The notes under the pieces were generated by a model, which saw nothing but the letters and a program-made list of their open reading frames with translations, had not been told where the DNA came from and made no database searches. DNA of 64,000 nt from NCBI GenBank assembly GCA_965223265.1, contig OZ244999.1:3488001-3552000 (forward strand), read 5' to 3'. The DNA comes from Planctomycetota bacterium. GTDB lineage: Bacteria > Planctomycetota > UBA8108 > SXIK01. Positions 1 to 11,000 of this stretch are shown here, piece by piece (positions within the stretch are counted from its first letter, which is position 1; every line of letters begins with the position of its first letter). The position numbers were made by a program, and so were the translations under genes.

Positions 1-1
1 A

Positions 2-1474
2 CGGGTCCAGCTTGAAGAGCGCTTCGAGAATCATGATGACGTCGGAAACGTTCCGACTCTGACTTCCGTCCAAGTCTCCGCGACGAAAGTGCCCGGTCTG
101 GTCGACGATCTCTGACGCTCCCGGTAGCGGAAAGTCCTCAGCCGCGTCGTCGATCACTAGCACCCAATCATCACCCCGATGCGAAGGTGGGGTGAAGTCA
201 TGAACTGAGTCAGCGGGGAAGCGGCCGATCTCCACCACCTCGCCGCTCGAGGGGTCGTACCAGCGTACGATCGCTTCTGAGGCGACAAGCGTTGAAAGAT
301 CCACACCGACCGTCCGCGGTCTCGGGAGGTACGCGATGATCGTCTTTCCATCGTCAGTCCTTGCAGCAGACGCGTACGAGATATCCGAGATCGAGCCGAA
401 CCCGCTCACCAGCACTGTGTGGTCGTAGTCCGGTACCAGCTTGTACCAGTAGCGCGATCGGAACAGTCGCCCCATGATTTCCATCGACGTCGAGCCTTCC
501 AAGTCGAGCGCCTCCTGCCATCCGCTGCCGAAAAACCAAATCGGCCAATTGCCGAAGCAGTGTCCAAAAGCTCCTCCGAGAATGGACCAATAGGCCTGAC
601 TGCGCACACAGACCGGTGGATTCTCGTCGGAGTCAATGGCGCCCTCGTAACGCCCCTCGAGGAAGAAAAAAGGCAAGGCGCGATCAGCTTCGTATTCGTG
701 TCGGGTCTTTGCAGGACCGTCGTGACAGTTGGAGTAGTACACGTTGTTAACGTCGAGCCAGGGTCGATCAAAACAGTCAAGCGCCGACAGACGTCCACTG
801 CACTGAGCGGACCAAAGGTGGCCCGGGTCGGTCTCTCGGATGCCGGCGATCATGGCCTCCATCACTTCCGAGGCACCCGGGGTGTGACTTGGGTCGACAT
901 CACCCCCTGCGAGCCAGAGGATGTTCGGGTAGTCGCGGTAGCGCTCGCCAATATAGCGGCCGTAATCACGCATGACTGATTCACCGCTGGCGATCATCTC
1001 GCTGCACCAACCCTGCTGGCCGCAGAGGATACCAAGGTACGCCGGTGCCATGATCAGGAGCATTTCGTGCTCCAGGGCACGCTCTACCACCCAGTCGGCG
1101 TGAGCAAAGTAAGCATCGTTGGGGGCCGAAAAATCAGAACTTGTGAAGGGATGCTCGCCCTCCCGGTTAAGCGGCCCACTGAAGAAGGACTCGATGAGCT
1201 CGACGACTAGTGTATTGAATCCTTTCTCGCGCCGATCAGCGAGATACTCCAATGTTTCTTCCTTCGTTAGTCCTTGAATCAGAGTCCAGGGGGAATCTGC
1301 ATTGATCAGGAACGGCTTGCCGGACTGATCCTCAAGGTAGCGGCCCCGTTCACTCAAACGGAGTGGATAGGTCTGCGCCACGACCTGAAGCCGCAAGGAG
1401 AGCAAAACGACAGCGATCGAAAGAACAAACAAGGCGCCACGAAAGCGTGGTCGCTCAGGTTGTGAATTGAGCAT
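2..1474 (-). CDS. Secreted DUF4038 (apiosidase/GH140-like) protein with putative collagen-binding domain and C-terminal dockerin-like domain; runs off left edge
   Basis: Both ends translated manually (absent from ORF track because open at edge): MLNSQ...signal...YPLRLSERGRYLEDQSGKPFLINADSPW...YLADRREKGFNT; end VRWYDPSSG...DDWVLVID...FRRGDLDGSQSRNVSDVIMILEALF; GAGGA upstream of ATG 1474. Confidence 0.75.
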   Translation of the reverse strand, partial: MLNSQPERPRFRGALFVLSIAVVLLSLRLQVVAQTYPLRLSERGRYLEDQSGKPFLINADSPWTLIQGLTKEETLEYLADRREKGFNTLVVELIESFFSGPLNREGEHPFTSSDFSAPNDAYFAHADWVVERALEHEMLLIMAPAYLGILCGQQGWCSEMIASGESVMRDYGRYIGERYRDYPNILWLAGGDVDPSHTPGASEVMEAMIAGIRETDPGHLWSAQCSGRLSALDCFDRPWLDVNNVYYSNCHDGPAKTRHEYEADRALPFFFLEGRYEGAIDSDENPPVCVRSQAYWSILGGAFGHCFGNWPIWFFGSGWQEALDLEGSTSMEIMGRLFRSRYWYKLVPDYDHTVLVSGFGSISDISYASAARTDDGKTIIAYLPRPRTVGVDLSTLVASEAIVRWYDPSSGEVVEIGRFPADSVHDFTPPSHRGDDWVLVIDDAAEDFPLPGASEIVDQTGHFRRGDLDGSQSRNVSDVIMILEALFKLDP

Positions 1475-1712
1475 GGGGACTTCCTCAGGGAAAGCTGCCG
1501 CGACGAAAATTCGCCCGAGCAGTTGTAATCGGTTCCCCGTCTAACGACGATCCTTTTCCACGTTCTCACGGATGCAAACGCTTGCGCAGAGATCGATCCG
1601 TGAAAGGGCGTCAAGTGTAACAACCGTTGCCGGCGACGTCACGTTCCAAAGGGGCTACGCAGCGGCGGTCGCCGATCGTGCTCGAGCGAAAAATCGCCGT
1701 GGGCCGAAACCG

Positions 1713-2021
1713 CTAGGCACCGCGGTACCAAGCGTCCGTGGTGAACTCGATGGGGATGTCTTGCTCAGCGGGATCGCTGACGCCGAGAGCCTCCAACTTT
1801 TCAAACCACTCGTCACGACGAGAAGCTGGCAGCTTGGCGCCGCACCAAGGGCAAAACCTGATGTTCACGACAGAGCTCCCACCGTCGTGAACTCGAATGC
1901 CGTATTCGTCGTACGCCTCTGAGTAGGCAACCAGCGCGTCCGGACAGTCGGCCGGATCCACATGCCGTGCGCAGGAATGAGCAATTTGTTCAGTCATGTC
2001 GGTACAGCAGTGTTGTCGCAT
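1713..2021 (-). CDS. Small Cys-containing DUF6980-like protein
   Basis: HCCxxM...CPD...DEYGIRVHDGGSS...I.FCPWCG.KLP.S.RD.WF pattern; ATG at 2021 chosen over the ORF-track start. Confidence 0.7.
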   Translation of the reverse strand: MRQHCCTDMTEQIAHSCARHVDPADCPDALVAYSEAYDEYGIRVHDGGSSVVNIRFCPWCGAKLPASRRDEWFEKLEALGVSDPAEQDIPIEFTTDAWYRGA

Positions 2022-2176
2022 AGCCGAAAGGCGCCCAACTTTCAATGAGATACGTCCGTACGGTCGGCAGCATCGACTACCCTCACGTACGACCTTGTGA
2101 AGGTGCAAGATCGCGTTGGTCGACCGGATCCTCTATTCCCACGCAGCGGATCTCGGACGGGAGAAACCGGCCGCTG

Positions 2177-3664
2177 TCAGACGATCACGTCGTCGATTAC
2201 ATGAGCCTCTTGAACTCCCGTCAGCTTCTGCTCGAGCCCACCGTAAAAATAGGTGAGCTTTTCGTGATCGAGCCCCATCAAGTGCAACATCGTCGCATGC
2301 AGATCGCGAATATGGTGACGATTGACCGCGGCCTCATGCCCGAAGTCGTCGGTCTCTCCGTGTGCGTACCCGCCCTTCGCGCCGCCGCCCGCGAGCCAGT
2401 AGAGGAACCCTTTGGCGTTGTGATCGCGGCCGCGGCTTCCCTGGGAGACGGCTTGGCGACCGAACTCGCCGCCCCAGACGATGAGGGTTTCATCGAGTAG
2501 ACCACGCTGCTTCAGGTCGGTGAGGAGTCCGTGGATCGGTTGATCAATCTCTGGGGCGTGGATCGCGAGGTTTTGCTCCTGGTTGCCGTGCGCGTCCCAG
2601 TTCTCATCGCCATGACCGCCGCCAGAATAGATCTGGACGAACCGCACGCCACGCTCGACGAGACGCCGAGCGATCAAACACTGCGTTCCGAATGGCTGCG
2701 GTCCCAGTGATCTCTTGTGCGTCTTTTCGGCGTTGACGATTCCGTACAGTTCGAGCGTGCGACGATCTTCATCAGCGATGCTCATCACCTCGGGCGCCGC
2801 CGTCTGCAGCTGAAACGCCAGTTCATAGCTGGCGATCCGTGCCGACAGCTCGGAGTACCCCGGCCGTGTCTCGAGGTGTTCGCGATTGAGACGCTCGAGC
2901 GTGTCGACGAAGGCACGCTGCCTCGCACGAGGGGTCTGAAGGCGCGGCGAAAGATTGAGGATCGGATCTCCTCGGCTCCGCAGATAAGTTCCTTGATAAG
3001 CCGCAGGCATGAACCCACTCGACCAGTTGGCGGCTCCGGCGATCGGTCCGCCGCGCGGATCGAGCATGACGACGTAGCCCGGGAGATTGTCGTTCTCGCT
3101 GCCGAGTCCGTACGTCAGCCACGAGCCGACGGTGGGGGAGCCCTGGATGACCCGGCCGCTGTTCATTTGAATCAGCGCAGAACCGTGTGCGAACGTGTCC
3201 GCGTAGAGGCTCTTGATGACGCAGAGGTCATCCATGTGCTGTGAGATATGGGGAAACGCGTCACTGCACCAGAGTCCGGATTCGCCGCAACGTTTGAAGC
3301 TGCGACGCGAAGCGAGTAGCTTGCCCTTCGAGATCACATGGCGCCTCGTTTCGAGCTCCACCGTCTGACCGTCGCGCTTCTGAAGCTCAGGCTTGTAGTC
3401 CCAGGTGTCCATGGATGGCGGACCACCATACATGAATAGAAAAATGCAGCTTTTGGCGCGTGGTGCGAAGTGGGGCGCACGTACGGCGAGCGGCCGCGTT
3501 AACGAGGACTCGGCCTTCGCTGCGGCCGCATAGCCGCGGCGCGCGAAGAATTCATCGCGGTCAAGCAGCCCGGTCAGCGCGACGCCGCCGAACCCAGCCC
3601 CCAACTGCCATAGGAACTCGCGGCGTGACTCTGAGCAGCCGGCCGCGCTTGTGCGCCAATTCAT
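2177..3664 (-). CDS. DUF1501 domain protein (planctomycete sulfatase-like, Tat signal)
   Basis: SRREFL Tat motif, AKSCIFLFMYGGPPSMDTWDYKP, ARRLVERGVRFVQ, WGGEFGR, GRDHN. Confidence 0.9.
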   Translation of the reverse strand: MNWRTSAAGCSESRREFLWQLGAGFGGVALTGLLDRDEFFARRGYAAAAKAESSLTRPLAVRAPHFAPRAKSCIFLFMYGGPPSMDTWDYKPELQKRDGQTVELETRRHVISKGKLLASRRSFKRCGESGLWCSDAFPHISQHMDDLCVIKSLYADTFAHGSALIQMNSGRVIQGSPTVGSWLTYGLGSENDNLPGYVVMLDPRGGPIAGAANWSSGFMPAAYQGTYLRSRGDPILNLSPRLQTPRARQRAFVDTLERLNREHLETRPGYSELSARIASYELAFQLQTAAPEVMSIADEDRRTLELYGIVNAEKTHKRSLGPQPFGTQCLIARRLVERGVRFVQIYSGGGHGDENWDAHGNQEQNLAIHAPEIDQPIHGLLTDLKQRGLLDETLIVWGGEFGRQAVSQGSRGRDHNAKGFLYWLAGGGAKGGYAHGETDDFGHEAAVNRHHIRDLHATMLHLMGLDHEKLTYFYGGLEQKLTGVQEAHVIDDVIV

Positions 3665-3841
3665 TGCGGTGACTCCAACTACTGGCTTTCGTTAGAATAA
3701 TCGAGTCGTCACATCTTGTCGAGTGTTCTCAGTCCCGCGGTTGCGGCTCTCCGCCGCGCTCATCGTCATTCGCCGCGGCTGATCACCCGGTCTGAAACGA
3801 TGTCAAGTGAGTCAATCGGGGCGTCATGTTGGAGGCTCTGG

Positions 3842-5212
3842 ATGAAGGTGATTCCTCGCTTTTGTCTCATCGGCGCTCTCTTGATCGCTACGGTGGCGTC
3901 GCGCCGAGGCGTGTGCGACGACGCTGCGCCCAACTTCGTCATCATTCTTGCCGACGACATGGGGTACGGTGACGCGGGGTGCTACGGCGGCACTGCCTTT
4001 CCAACGCCCGCCATCGATCGGCTCGCGGCCGAGGGGCTGCGCTTCACCGATTTTCACTCGAACGGAACCGTCTGTAGCCCGACGCGTGCCGCTCTCCTCA
4101 CCGGACGCTACCAGCAGCGCGCTGGGATCGGCGGTGTCGTCTACGCTGATCCGAAGCGAAATCGACACCACGGACTGCACACCGTCGAGACAACTTTCGC
4201 GGAGCTTTTGAAGACACGCGGTTACAAAACTGCAGTTTTCGGCAAGTGGCATCTCGGCTACGAGCGTAAGTACAATCCAGTGCGGCACGGGTTCGACGAG
4301 TTTCGCGGCTACGTCAGCGGCAACGTCGATTTCGTCGCCCATATCGATGGTCAAGGTTTCTTCGATTGGTGGCGAGGTGCCGAGCTCGATCGGGACGATC
4401 AAGGGTACGTCACGCGTCTGATCACGCGGTACACGGTGGATTTCATCTCGCGCTCGAAGGATCAGCCATTCTGCGTGTACGTCGCCCACCAAGCGCCGCA
4501 TTTTCCGTACCAGGGGCCAAACGATCCACCTGTGCGGCGAGAAGGTCAGCCAGGTCAGGTGGGAAGCCTCTGGAACGACCGCGAGCCTGAGCACATGAGA
4601 TCCGCGTACGTCGAAATGATGGCGGAGCTGGATCGCAGCGTCGGTGAAATCACCGCTAGCCTCGATCGGTTCGACCTGAGTCGGCGCACCTTCGTCTTTT
4701 TCTTTTCCGACAACGGCGCGGCCGGCCCCGGCTCCTGCGCGCCGCTGCGAGGCCGGAAGGGGTCACTCTGGGAGGGAGGACACCGCGTCCCGGCAATCGC
4801 GCGTTGGACGGGGAAGATTCAGGCCGGCGCTGTGACGGGCGCAACGGCGGTCGGCATCGATCTCATGCCAACGCTTTTGGAACTGGTCGGGATCGAGGCG
4901 CCAACGACGCGGCCCCTGGACGGGGTCAGCTTAGTACCGGTGTTGCTGCGCCGCGAGTCACTACCACCGCGCCAGCTCTTCTGGCACTACCGCTCGACAG
5001 CGGCGGTGCGTGAAGGCGTATGGAAACTCCTTGTCGATGAGAAGAAAAATGCCGCACGACTCTATCGACTCGACCAAGACCTTGCCGAGAAGCACGATCT
5101 CGCTGCGTCTTATCCGGAGCGCGTTCGCACGATGGGCGCCTCGCTCGCGGCATGGCGAAGGCGTGTCACAGACGGAGCAACGGAGCAGCCAAGGGCGAAC
5201 GCCAAACGTTGA
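3842..5212 (+). CDS. Formylglycine-dependent sulfatase (arylsulfatase A-like)
   Basis: PNFVIILADDMGYGD, CSPTRAALLTG, GKWHLG, SDNG, GRKGSLWEGGHRVP; GGAGG before ATG 3842. Confidence 0.92.
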   Translation: MKVIPRFCLIGALLIATVASRRGVCDDAAPNFVIILADDMGYGDAGCYGGTAFPTPAIDRLAAEGLRFTDFHSNGTVCSPTRAALLTGRYQQRAGIGGVVYADPKRNRHHGLHTVETTFAELLKTRGYKTAVFGKWHLGYERKYNPVRHGFDEFRGYVSGNVDFVAHIDGQGFFDWWRGAELDRDDQGYVTRLITRYTVDFISRSKDQPFCVYVAHQAPHFPYQGPNDPPVRREGQPGQVGSLWNDREPEHMRSAYVEMMAELDRSVGEITASLDRFDLSRRTFVFFFSDNGAAGPGSCAPLRGRKGSLWEGGHRVPAIARWTGKIQAGAVTGATAVGIDLMPTLLELVGIEAPTTRPLDGVSLVPVLLRRESLPPRQLFWHYRSTAAVREGVWKLLVDEKKNAARLYRLDQDLAEKHDLAASYPERVRTMGASLAAWRRRVTDGATEQPRANAKR

Positions 5213-5260
5213 ATGCGGTCGAGCGACGCGGCCTCAGAAATCCTTTGGCAGGTAAACCCG

Positions 5261-8050
5261 CTAATCGACGTACACGAACTCGCTCAGGTTGAAAAGCAGC
5301 CGCGCCACAGACTCAGACGCAGCTCGCGGTGTCGTGGTTTGCCCCTGACGCTTGAGATGAGACACCACAGTCTCGCTCTCCCTCGGCGTCGGCGAGCGCC
5401 CGAGGGCAAGGCGGAATCCGCGTTCGATGACTCGCTCGACATCAGTGGTGATCAACTGTTCGCTATCGGCGGCATTTTCTGCGACGAGCCGAGCGGCAAA
5501 TGCCTTGGTCCGCGAGTCGATGAAGAGGCCATTGAGCATAGTGAGTGCTTGCGGTGCGATCGTCGTCGTCGGACGGGCAGGGTCGGAGGTGTCAGGCTTC
5601 GGGAAGTCGAACGATTCCAAAAACGGCACGCCGAGTGTGCGCTTGACGAAGATGTAGATGCTCCGTCTGGCCTCCTCGTTCGGCGTCGACTTTCCCCAAC
5701 CGCTTCCCGGCCTCGATTGCGTTGCCAGCACCGCCGCCGGAAGCGTGGGGAAGATGCCGCGCCCTCCCATCGCCAAGTTGAGCTCACCGCTGACGTGTAG
5801 CGCCGCGTCGCGGATCGCCTCGGCTTCCAGGCGGCGTAGATTCTGCCGCCAGAGAAGGCGGTTTTCGGGATCGACGCGCGCCGCTCGCTCGTCGAGGGCA
5901 CGCGACGACTGCTGATATGTGTCGGAGCGAAGAATCGTGCGGTGCATGTGTTTCGTCGACCACCCACTGGCGATGAATTCCGCGGCCAGCCAGTCGAGCA
6001 GCTTGGGATGCGACGGCTGACGACCGTTCTTTCCGAAGTCGTTCGGAGTCGAGACGAGACCGCGACCGAAGTGGTGATGCCAAAGGCGATTCATCATGAC
6101 CCGAGCCGTGAGTGGATTCCGAGCATTCGCGATCCACTCTGCGAGCGCTCGCCGGCGTCCACTCGTTCGCTCGACACCGTAGGCGATCAACTCGTCGGCG
6201 AGTTGACCTCGCGGCTTGAGCGATCGTAGCTTCGGTGCATGGCCTCCAAGGACGGTCAGAAACTGCGGCGCCACCGCGGCTCCGGGGTTGCGGGGATTGC
6301 CGCGCACGAGCACCCGCGTCTGACGCGACAGCTCACCCGATTCGCGCACTGAAAGGGCAAACTCGAACGGTTCGCTACGCATCGCCTCTTCGAGTTTTGC
6401 AATCCGCTCGTCGAGCTCCCGTAGCTTCGGATGGTCCTTCAGGGTTTCCAGGACTGCTTCGTCGGATGGCGTCACACGTGCTGCCGCCGCAGCGGCGACG
6501 CGTTTCTCGAGGTCGCTACGCTGGTCTTCCGGCCGCGCAAGTGCTTCACGCTCCGCCTCCGGCAGTTCAGCCGCCAACTGCTGACGCAGCTTCGCGCGTG
6601 TCGCCTCGATGAGCGCCTCGCGCTCTGATCGGGAAGCCGCGAGCGCGGTTTCGTAACCATGCTTCGCTTGCTGCCAGACCCTCAGCTCCCCAGGCTTCAG
6701 CAGTGGAGTGAAGATCCCCTTCTCGTTCGCTCGCCAGTGAGTGGCGCTCCGGTCCTCGCCGTACGGGGTCACGTGATCGATGAAAGCGAGCAGCCGGTAG
6801 TAGTCTTGCTGCGGAACGGGATCGAACTTGTGATCGTGGCACCGAGCACAGCCGATCGTGAGGCCAAGGAACGTCTCACCGAGCGTTCGTAAGATATCGT
6901 CTTTTTCTTCCAGGAATCCTACGAGCTTGTCGTCAGGCTCATCGTCCCAGACGCCGAGGCGATAGAAGCCCGTCGCGATGATCGACTCATGGCTCACCTC
7001 ATCGAGCTCGTCGCCTGCCAGCTGCTGAAGGATGAAGTCATCGTAGGGTTTGTCGCCGTTGAACGCGGAAATCACGTAATCGCGATAGCGCCAGGACTGT
7101 TTCTTCTCGCCATCTCGTTCATATCCGTCGGTTTGGGCGAACCGGACAACGTCGAGCCAGTGTCGCCCCCAACGCTCCCCGTAGCGGGGCGAAGCGAGGA
7201 GGCGATCGACAAGTTTCTCATAGGCATGTCCGTCGCTGGCGGCGAACGCATCGATCTCCTCGGGCGGTGGCGGCAGGCCAATGAGGTCGAAGTAGACTCG
7301 GCGCACGAGGTCGCGGTCGCTGGCGCGAGGTGAGAGCGAAAGTCCGCTCGCCTTTAGCTGAGCGGTGACGAGGCGATCGATCGGTTGACTGACGTGCGAG
7401 GGACTCGTAGGGACGGTGGGCCGCACGATCGGGCGAAACGACCAAAAGTTGCGGTCTTCTTCGCTGACGACGCCGTGATCCCGCACTGGCGTAATGGCGC
7501 CATCACCCGCGCGGCTCTCAGGGGATGCGATCGGCCACGGAGCTCCAAGCGCCACCCAACGCTCAAGTGTCGCGATCTTTCGATCCGAGAGCTTTCCGCT
7601 CGGCGGCATTTGCAGGGTTGTGTCGGTGTAGCGCACCGCTCGCAAGAGGAGGCTCTCTCCGGGCTCTCCGGGAGAAATCGCCGGCCCTGAGTCGCCACCA
7701 GTCAAAACGCTCGCGCGTGAGTTGAGCCTGAGTCCGCCCTTTTGCTTTTGCGCGCCGTGACACTCATAGCAAGAGTCGACCAGAAGCGGCCGCACACGGC
7801 TCTCGAAGAACTCGAGGCCGGCGCGATCGGCGGTGCCGGGAGTCACCTCGGCGTCGCGGCCAGCGATCTGGTCGCTGCCGAAAGCCAACGCGATCACGTT
7901 GGCAACCAAAACGATGCCGAAAAGAAGGCCTGCTCGCCGCGGTCGACGCGAAGGGTTCGATGGACGTCTGCAGGGACGGGAGGATCGGCCCGGAAATCTC
8001 AGGAACTGGCGCATGCGCGCGGCACCTCTTTCTTCTGTTGACACCTCCAA
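5261..8050 (-). CDS. Planctomycete cytochrome c protein with DUF1549 (PSCyt2) and DUF1553 (PSD1)
   Basis: FFESRVRPLLVDSCYECH, YGERWGRHWLDVVRFA, CARCHDHKFDP, NPLTARVMMNRLWHHHFGRGLV; start uncertain. Confidence 0.9.
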   Translation of the reverse strand: MEVSTEERGAARMRQFLRFPGRSSRPCRRPSNPSRRPRRAGLLFGIVLVANVIALAFGSDQIAGRDAEVTPGTADRAGLEFFESRVRPLLVDSCYECHGAQKQKGGLRLNSRASVLTGGDSGPAISPGEPGESLLLRAVRYTDTTLQMPPSGKLSDRKIATLERWVALGAPWPIASPESRAGDGAITPVRDHGVVSEEDRNFWSFRPIVRPTVPTSPSHVSQPIDRLVTAQLKASGLSLSPRASDRDLVRRVYFDLIGLPPPPEEIDAFAASDGHAYEKLVDRLLASPRYGERWGRHWLDVVRFAQTDGYERDGEKKQSWRYRDYVISAFNGDKPYDDFILQQLAGDELDEVSHESIIATGFYRLGVWDDEPDDKLVGFLEEKDDILRTLGETFLGLTIGCARCHDHKFDPVPQQDYYRLLAFIDHVTPYGEDRSATHWRANEKGIFTPLLKPGELRVWQQAKHGYETALAASRSEREALIEATRAKLRQQLAAELPEAEREALARPEDQRSDLEKRVAAAAAARVTPSDEAVLETLKDHPKLRELDERIAKLEEAMRSEPFEFALSVRESGELSRQTRVLVRGNPRNPGAAVAPQFLTVLGGHAPKLRSLKPRGQLADELIAYGVERTSGRRRALAEWIANARNPLTARVMMNRLWHHHFGRGLVSTPNDFGKNGRQPSHPKLLDWLAAEFIASGWSTKHMHRTILRSDTYQQSSRALDERAARVDPENRLLWRQNLRRLEAEAIRDAALHVSGELNLAMGGRGIFPTLPAAVLATQSRPGSGWGKSTPNEEARRSIYIFVKRTLGVPFLESFDFPKPDTSDPARPTTTIAPQALTMLNGLFIDSRTKAFAARLVAENAADSEQLITTDVERVIERGFRLALGRSPTPRESETVVSHLKRQGQTTTPRAASESVARLLFNLSEFVYVD

Positions 8051-8099
8051 GTTAGCGCATGGAGCAGTGGTGGGGAAAGATCCGCTTGGACTGAACCAC

Positions 8100-11000
8100 C
8101 TACGGACACTGGCTCCGGCGACACGTTAGGTGGTCGTGGGCGGCCTCAGCGGGCGCCTCGCCGCAGCTCTCGAACGGCGCCGGGAGCGGCTCAGCGCCGG
8201 CAAAGAGGTGCAGAAGCGTGCGCAGCGGATCCGCCAGATCGATGCGGCCGTCGCCGTTAGCGTCAGCGCTTTTCCAGCATCCCGGTCGACCCCTGCCGCG
8301 GAAAAGCAGATCGAGCGTGATCACCGCGTCGCTGAGGTTAACGCGTTCATCCTCGTTGACGTCGCCGCGTCGGAATCTCGCGACGATTGGGGCCGGAGCA
8401 GATTCTCTTGAGAAGGTCGCAACAGCGGGGGAGGCGAGTTCCTGGAAGCTGCCGTTCAAGTAGCGCACGGAAGCGGCCGTGCCGAGTATCTCGTCGGCGG
8501 CGTTGATCTCGACGACCGCTACGGGCGACTCGAGCCCAGCGACGCGCAGTGGTGGGTCCAGCACGGCCCAGTAGCTCACACCAAGGTTGTGGCGTGAAGC
8601 GGCGTAGACGAGATCCCAATAGTCGATGACATCGCGCTCGGCGCCCGCAAGGTCAAGCTCGGCGAGAACGAGGGCTGCGGGGCCGGTTTGATCGATGTCG
8701 ATGGGGGGTTCGTGGCGCTCGAGCAGTCGGAAGCTGCTGCCGTCGGTCAAAGAAACTTCAATCGACCAGAGCGGTAAGAGCTCGTAGGTGCACGACGAGT
8801 AGGTGATCACCAGATCACTGGCGCCCTGCATCGAGAGCTGCCTCGTCACGTACTCCTCATCGAACACGATCCGTCCGCCACGCAGCACGTCCTCACCACG
8901 CGCCAAGTACTCGAGGTTCTGCAGCTCGATCGTGAACTCCTCTCCCGACGCCAGCTGGTAGCGCTGCTCGTAGCGAAATCGGTACTCTGTCGTCTCTCCA
9001 CGCGGCGTTCGTACTAGCCGCAGGTTGCCATCTTCGAGAGGTGTCGCCGGTGCGGAGTCCGGCCCTAGCAAAACCTGGTCGAACAGATTCGCAGTTAGCG
9101 AGTTGGCCGTTGTCGGCAGCGCCAAATTCTGAGGTGTGAGATGAATCTGGCTCTTGAGCTCGAGAGCCGTCAAATTGCCCCGCGAGTGAACGAACACGCC
9201 GCAGACAATGGTCTCGGCAGGAACCTCGAGCGTAAAAGTGGGTGTCGGGGGGATGTCGACATTGCGCAGAAAAGGTCGCACCTGCTTCACGGCTAAATCG
9301 CCGTTCCGTTCGATCTTGAACTCAAGGTCGAGGAGAACCTGGAGGCGGGGAAAGTCGCCGGTGTCGATCGGCAGCTCGCGATCGATGTGCCAAACCAGCG
9401 CTCCCAGCTCTTGCAGCTGCTCGTCGCTCAGGACGTGCTCCCCAGGCTCAACAAGTGTTGACGGCTGCTGCCGAATGATCTGGCGCACCTCGCCAGCCTC
9501 GACGCTGAGAAGGTTCGTCTCAGCGATCACACCAGGCTCCGGGCTGACGACGCTCTCTTCGCCCACCTGCGCAGTAACGATGTAGCGGCCGTCGAACGGA
9601 TCGTTCGGGTTGCCGGTTAAGACAACGCCGTTCACCCGTTCATCGAGAAAAGCCCGGCTGACGAGAATGCCCATCGCCGTCTGCTCCTGTGGCATGCCGA
9701 AGAAGGCCCTTTCCTCGTAGGCGCGGAAATTCCAATTGCTCGCCCACACGCGACGGAGTGCGCGTTCGACACTGCGCTCATTCGACTTGGTCGGATCGCA
9801 ATGTGAGGGACCGCGGTCGTCAGCATCGAGCGTGTCTGCGGCGCATACGGACGTGGAGTCGTAGAGTCCCGCTCCATTGAATTCGAGTGCGTCCTCAGCG
9901 TTTGAGGAGCTCCGAAAGCGCACTGCTGTTCGTGTAGTACCGAAAACTTCGTCGATTCGGCGAACGAGATCTGCAACAAGACTGGCATCGACGGTGCTCT
10001 CGTCTCGCATGTGGTCGCGGAGCTCGTCCAGCACGGCGAATCTCAACGCTGAGTCGCTCTGGAACTCTGGCCACGTCTCCAGCTCAGCGATCAGCTGTTC
10101 ATACGTGACCTGCGCGCCCGATCTAGGCGACACCACAGTATTCGCACGCAGAAAATTCAGGTAGTGACGCATGGGAATCGCGAAACCACGTTCGGAATAC
10201 TGTGCGTGCTGGTCGACCAGTATCGTCTGCAGTCGAGCCATGTTCGTCGCCTTGCCTCCCCAACGCGATTCAGGTGTCGGATCCACCAGGCCGATGTCCA
10301 CCTCGACAAGACTGTCCAGTCTTGCGTAGTCAACATCGATGGTCGGCAGAACGGAGAGTTGAGGCCGACTTGACTGCCACCATTCTTCGGCCTCCTCGAT
10401 CGTCGCGCTTCGGACAATGATCGTCGCTGAGGTGACTTCCACACGCACCAGCGTGTCAGCGAACTCGGCGAACCGATCGAAGAGGTCCGAAGCAAATGCA
10501 TTCGGGGTGCCCCGACGAGCAGTTCGGACGGAGAGATGGCTCAGGTCGCTTTGACGTTCCGCCGTCAGGACAGCAGCAACGACGCCTTCGATATCGCGCG
10601 GCGCATGATCGAGAACGACGACGTCCTGAAAACCGATGCGGCCGCTGTCGTTCGCCTCTTCAAAGCTCTCACGCGTGTGGAGGCGCACACGACCAAACGC
10701 GACACCGAGCGTGTACGCTTCGAACTGCGGCGTAGAAGATCCATCGTCGAAGTAGACAAAACTGGTATCAGGCCACTCAGCAGCGGATTCACGGGTTAGC
10801 GCGGCATCCGGAAAGTACGCCAGCGGGCGCAGCGAAAACTTCGCTTCGAGCTCTTCATGAACGCCCCGCACTTCTTCGAATGTCGGCAGCTCGGCGGCAT
10901 CGGCCTCGAAGTTCGTCAAGACGTTGTAGCCATAGAGTGGGCCATCCGGGGTGTCCAGCAAGAATACGATTCCGCTGAAGTACTTCCGCCCGGCTCGCAA

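Noticed and set aside
419-979. 186-aa plus-strand ORF, and the many similar antisense ORFs across the window
   Set aside because: Shadow frames of well-supported opposite-strand genes in GC-rich DNA
1713-2021. Cys-containing small ORF as MNIO precursor
   Set aside because: 60 kb away and resembles a folded DUF6980-like protein rather than a leader-core peptide
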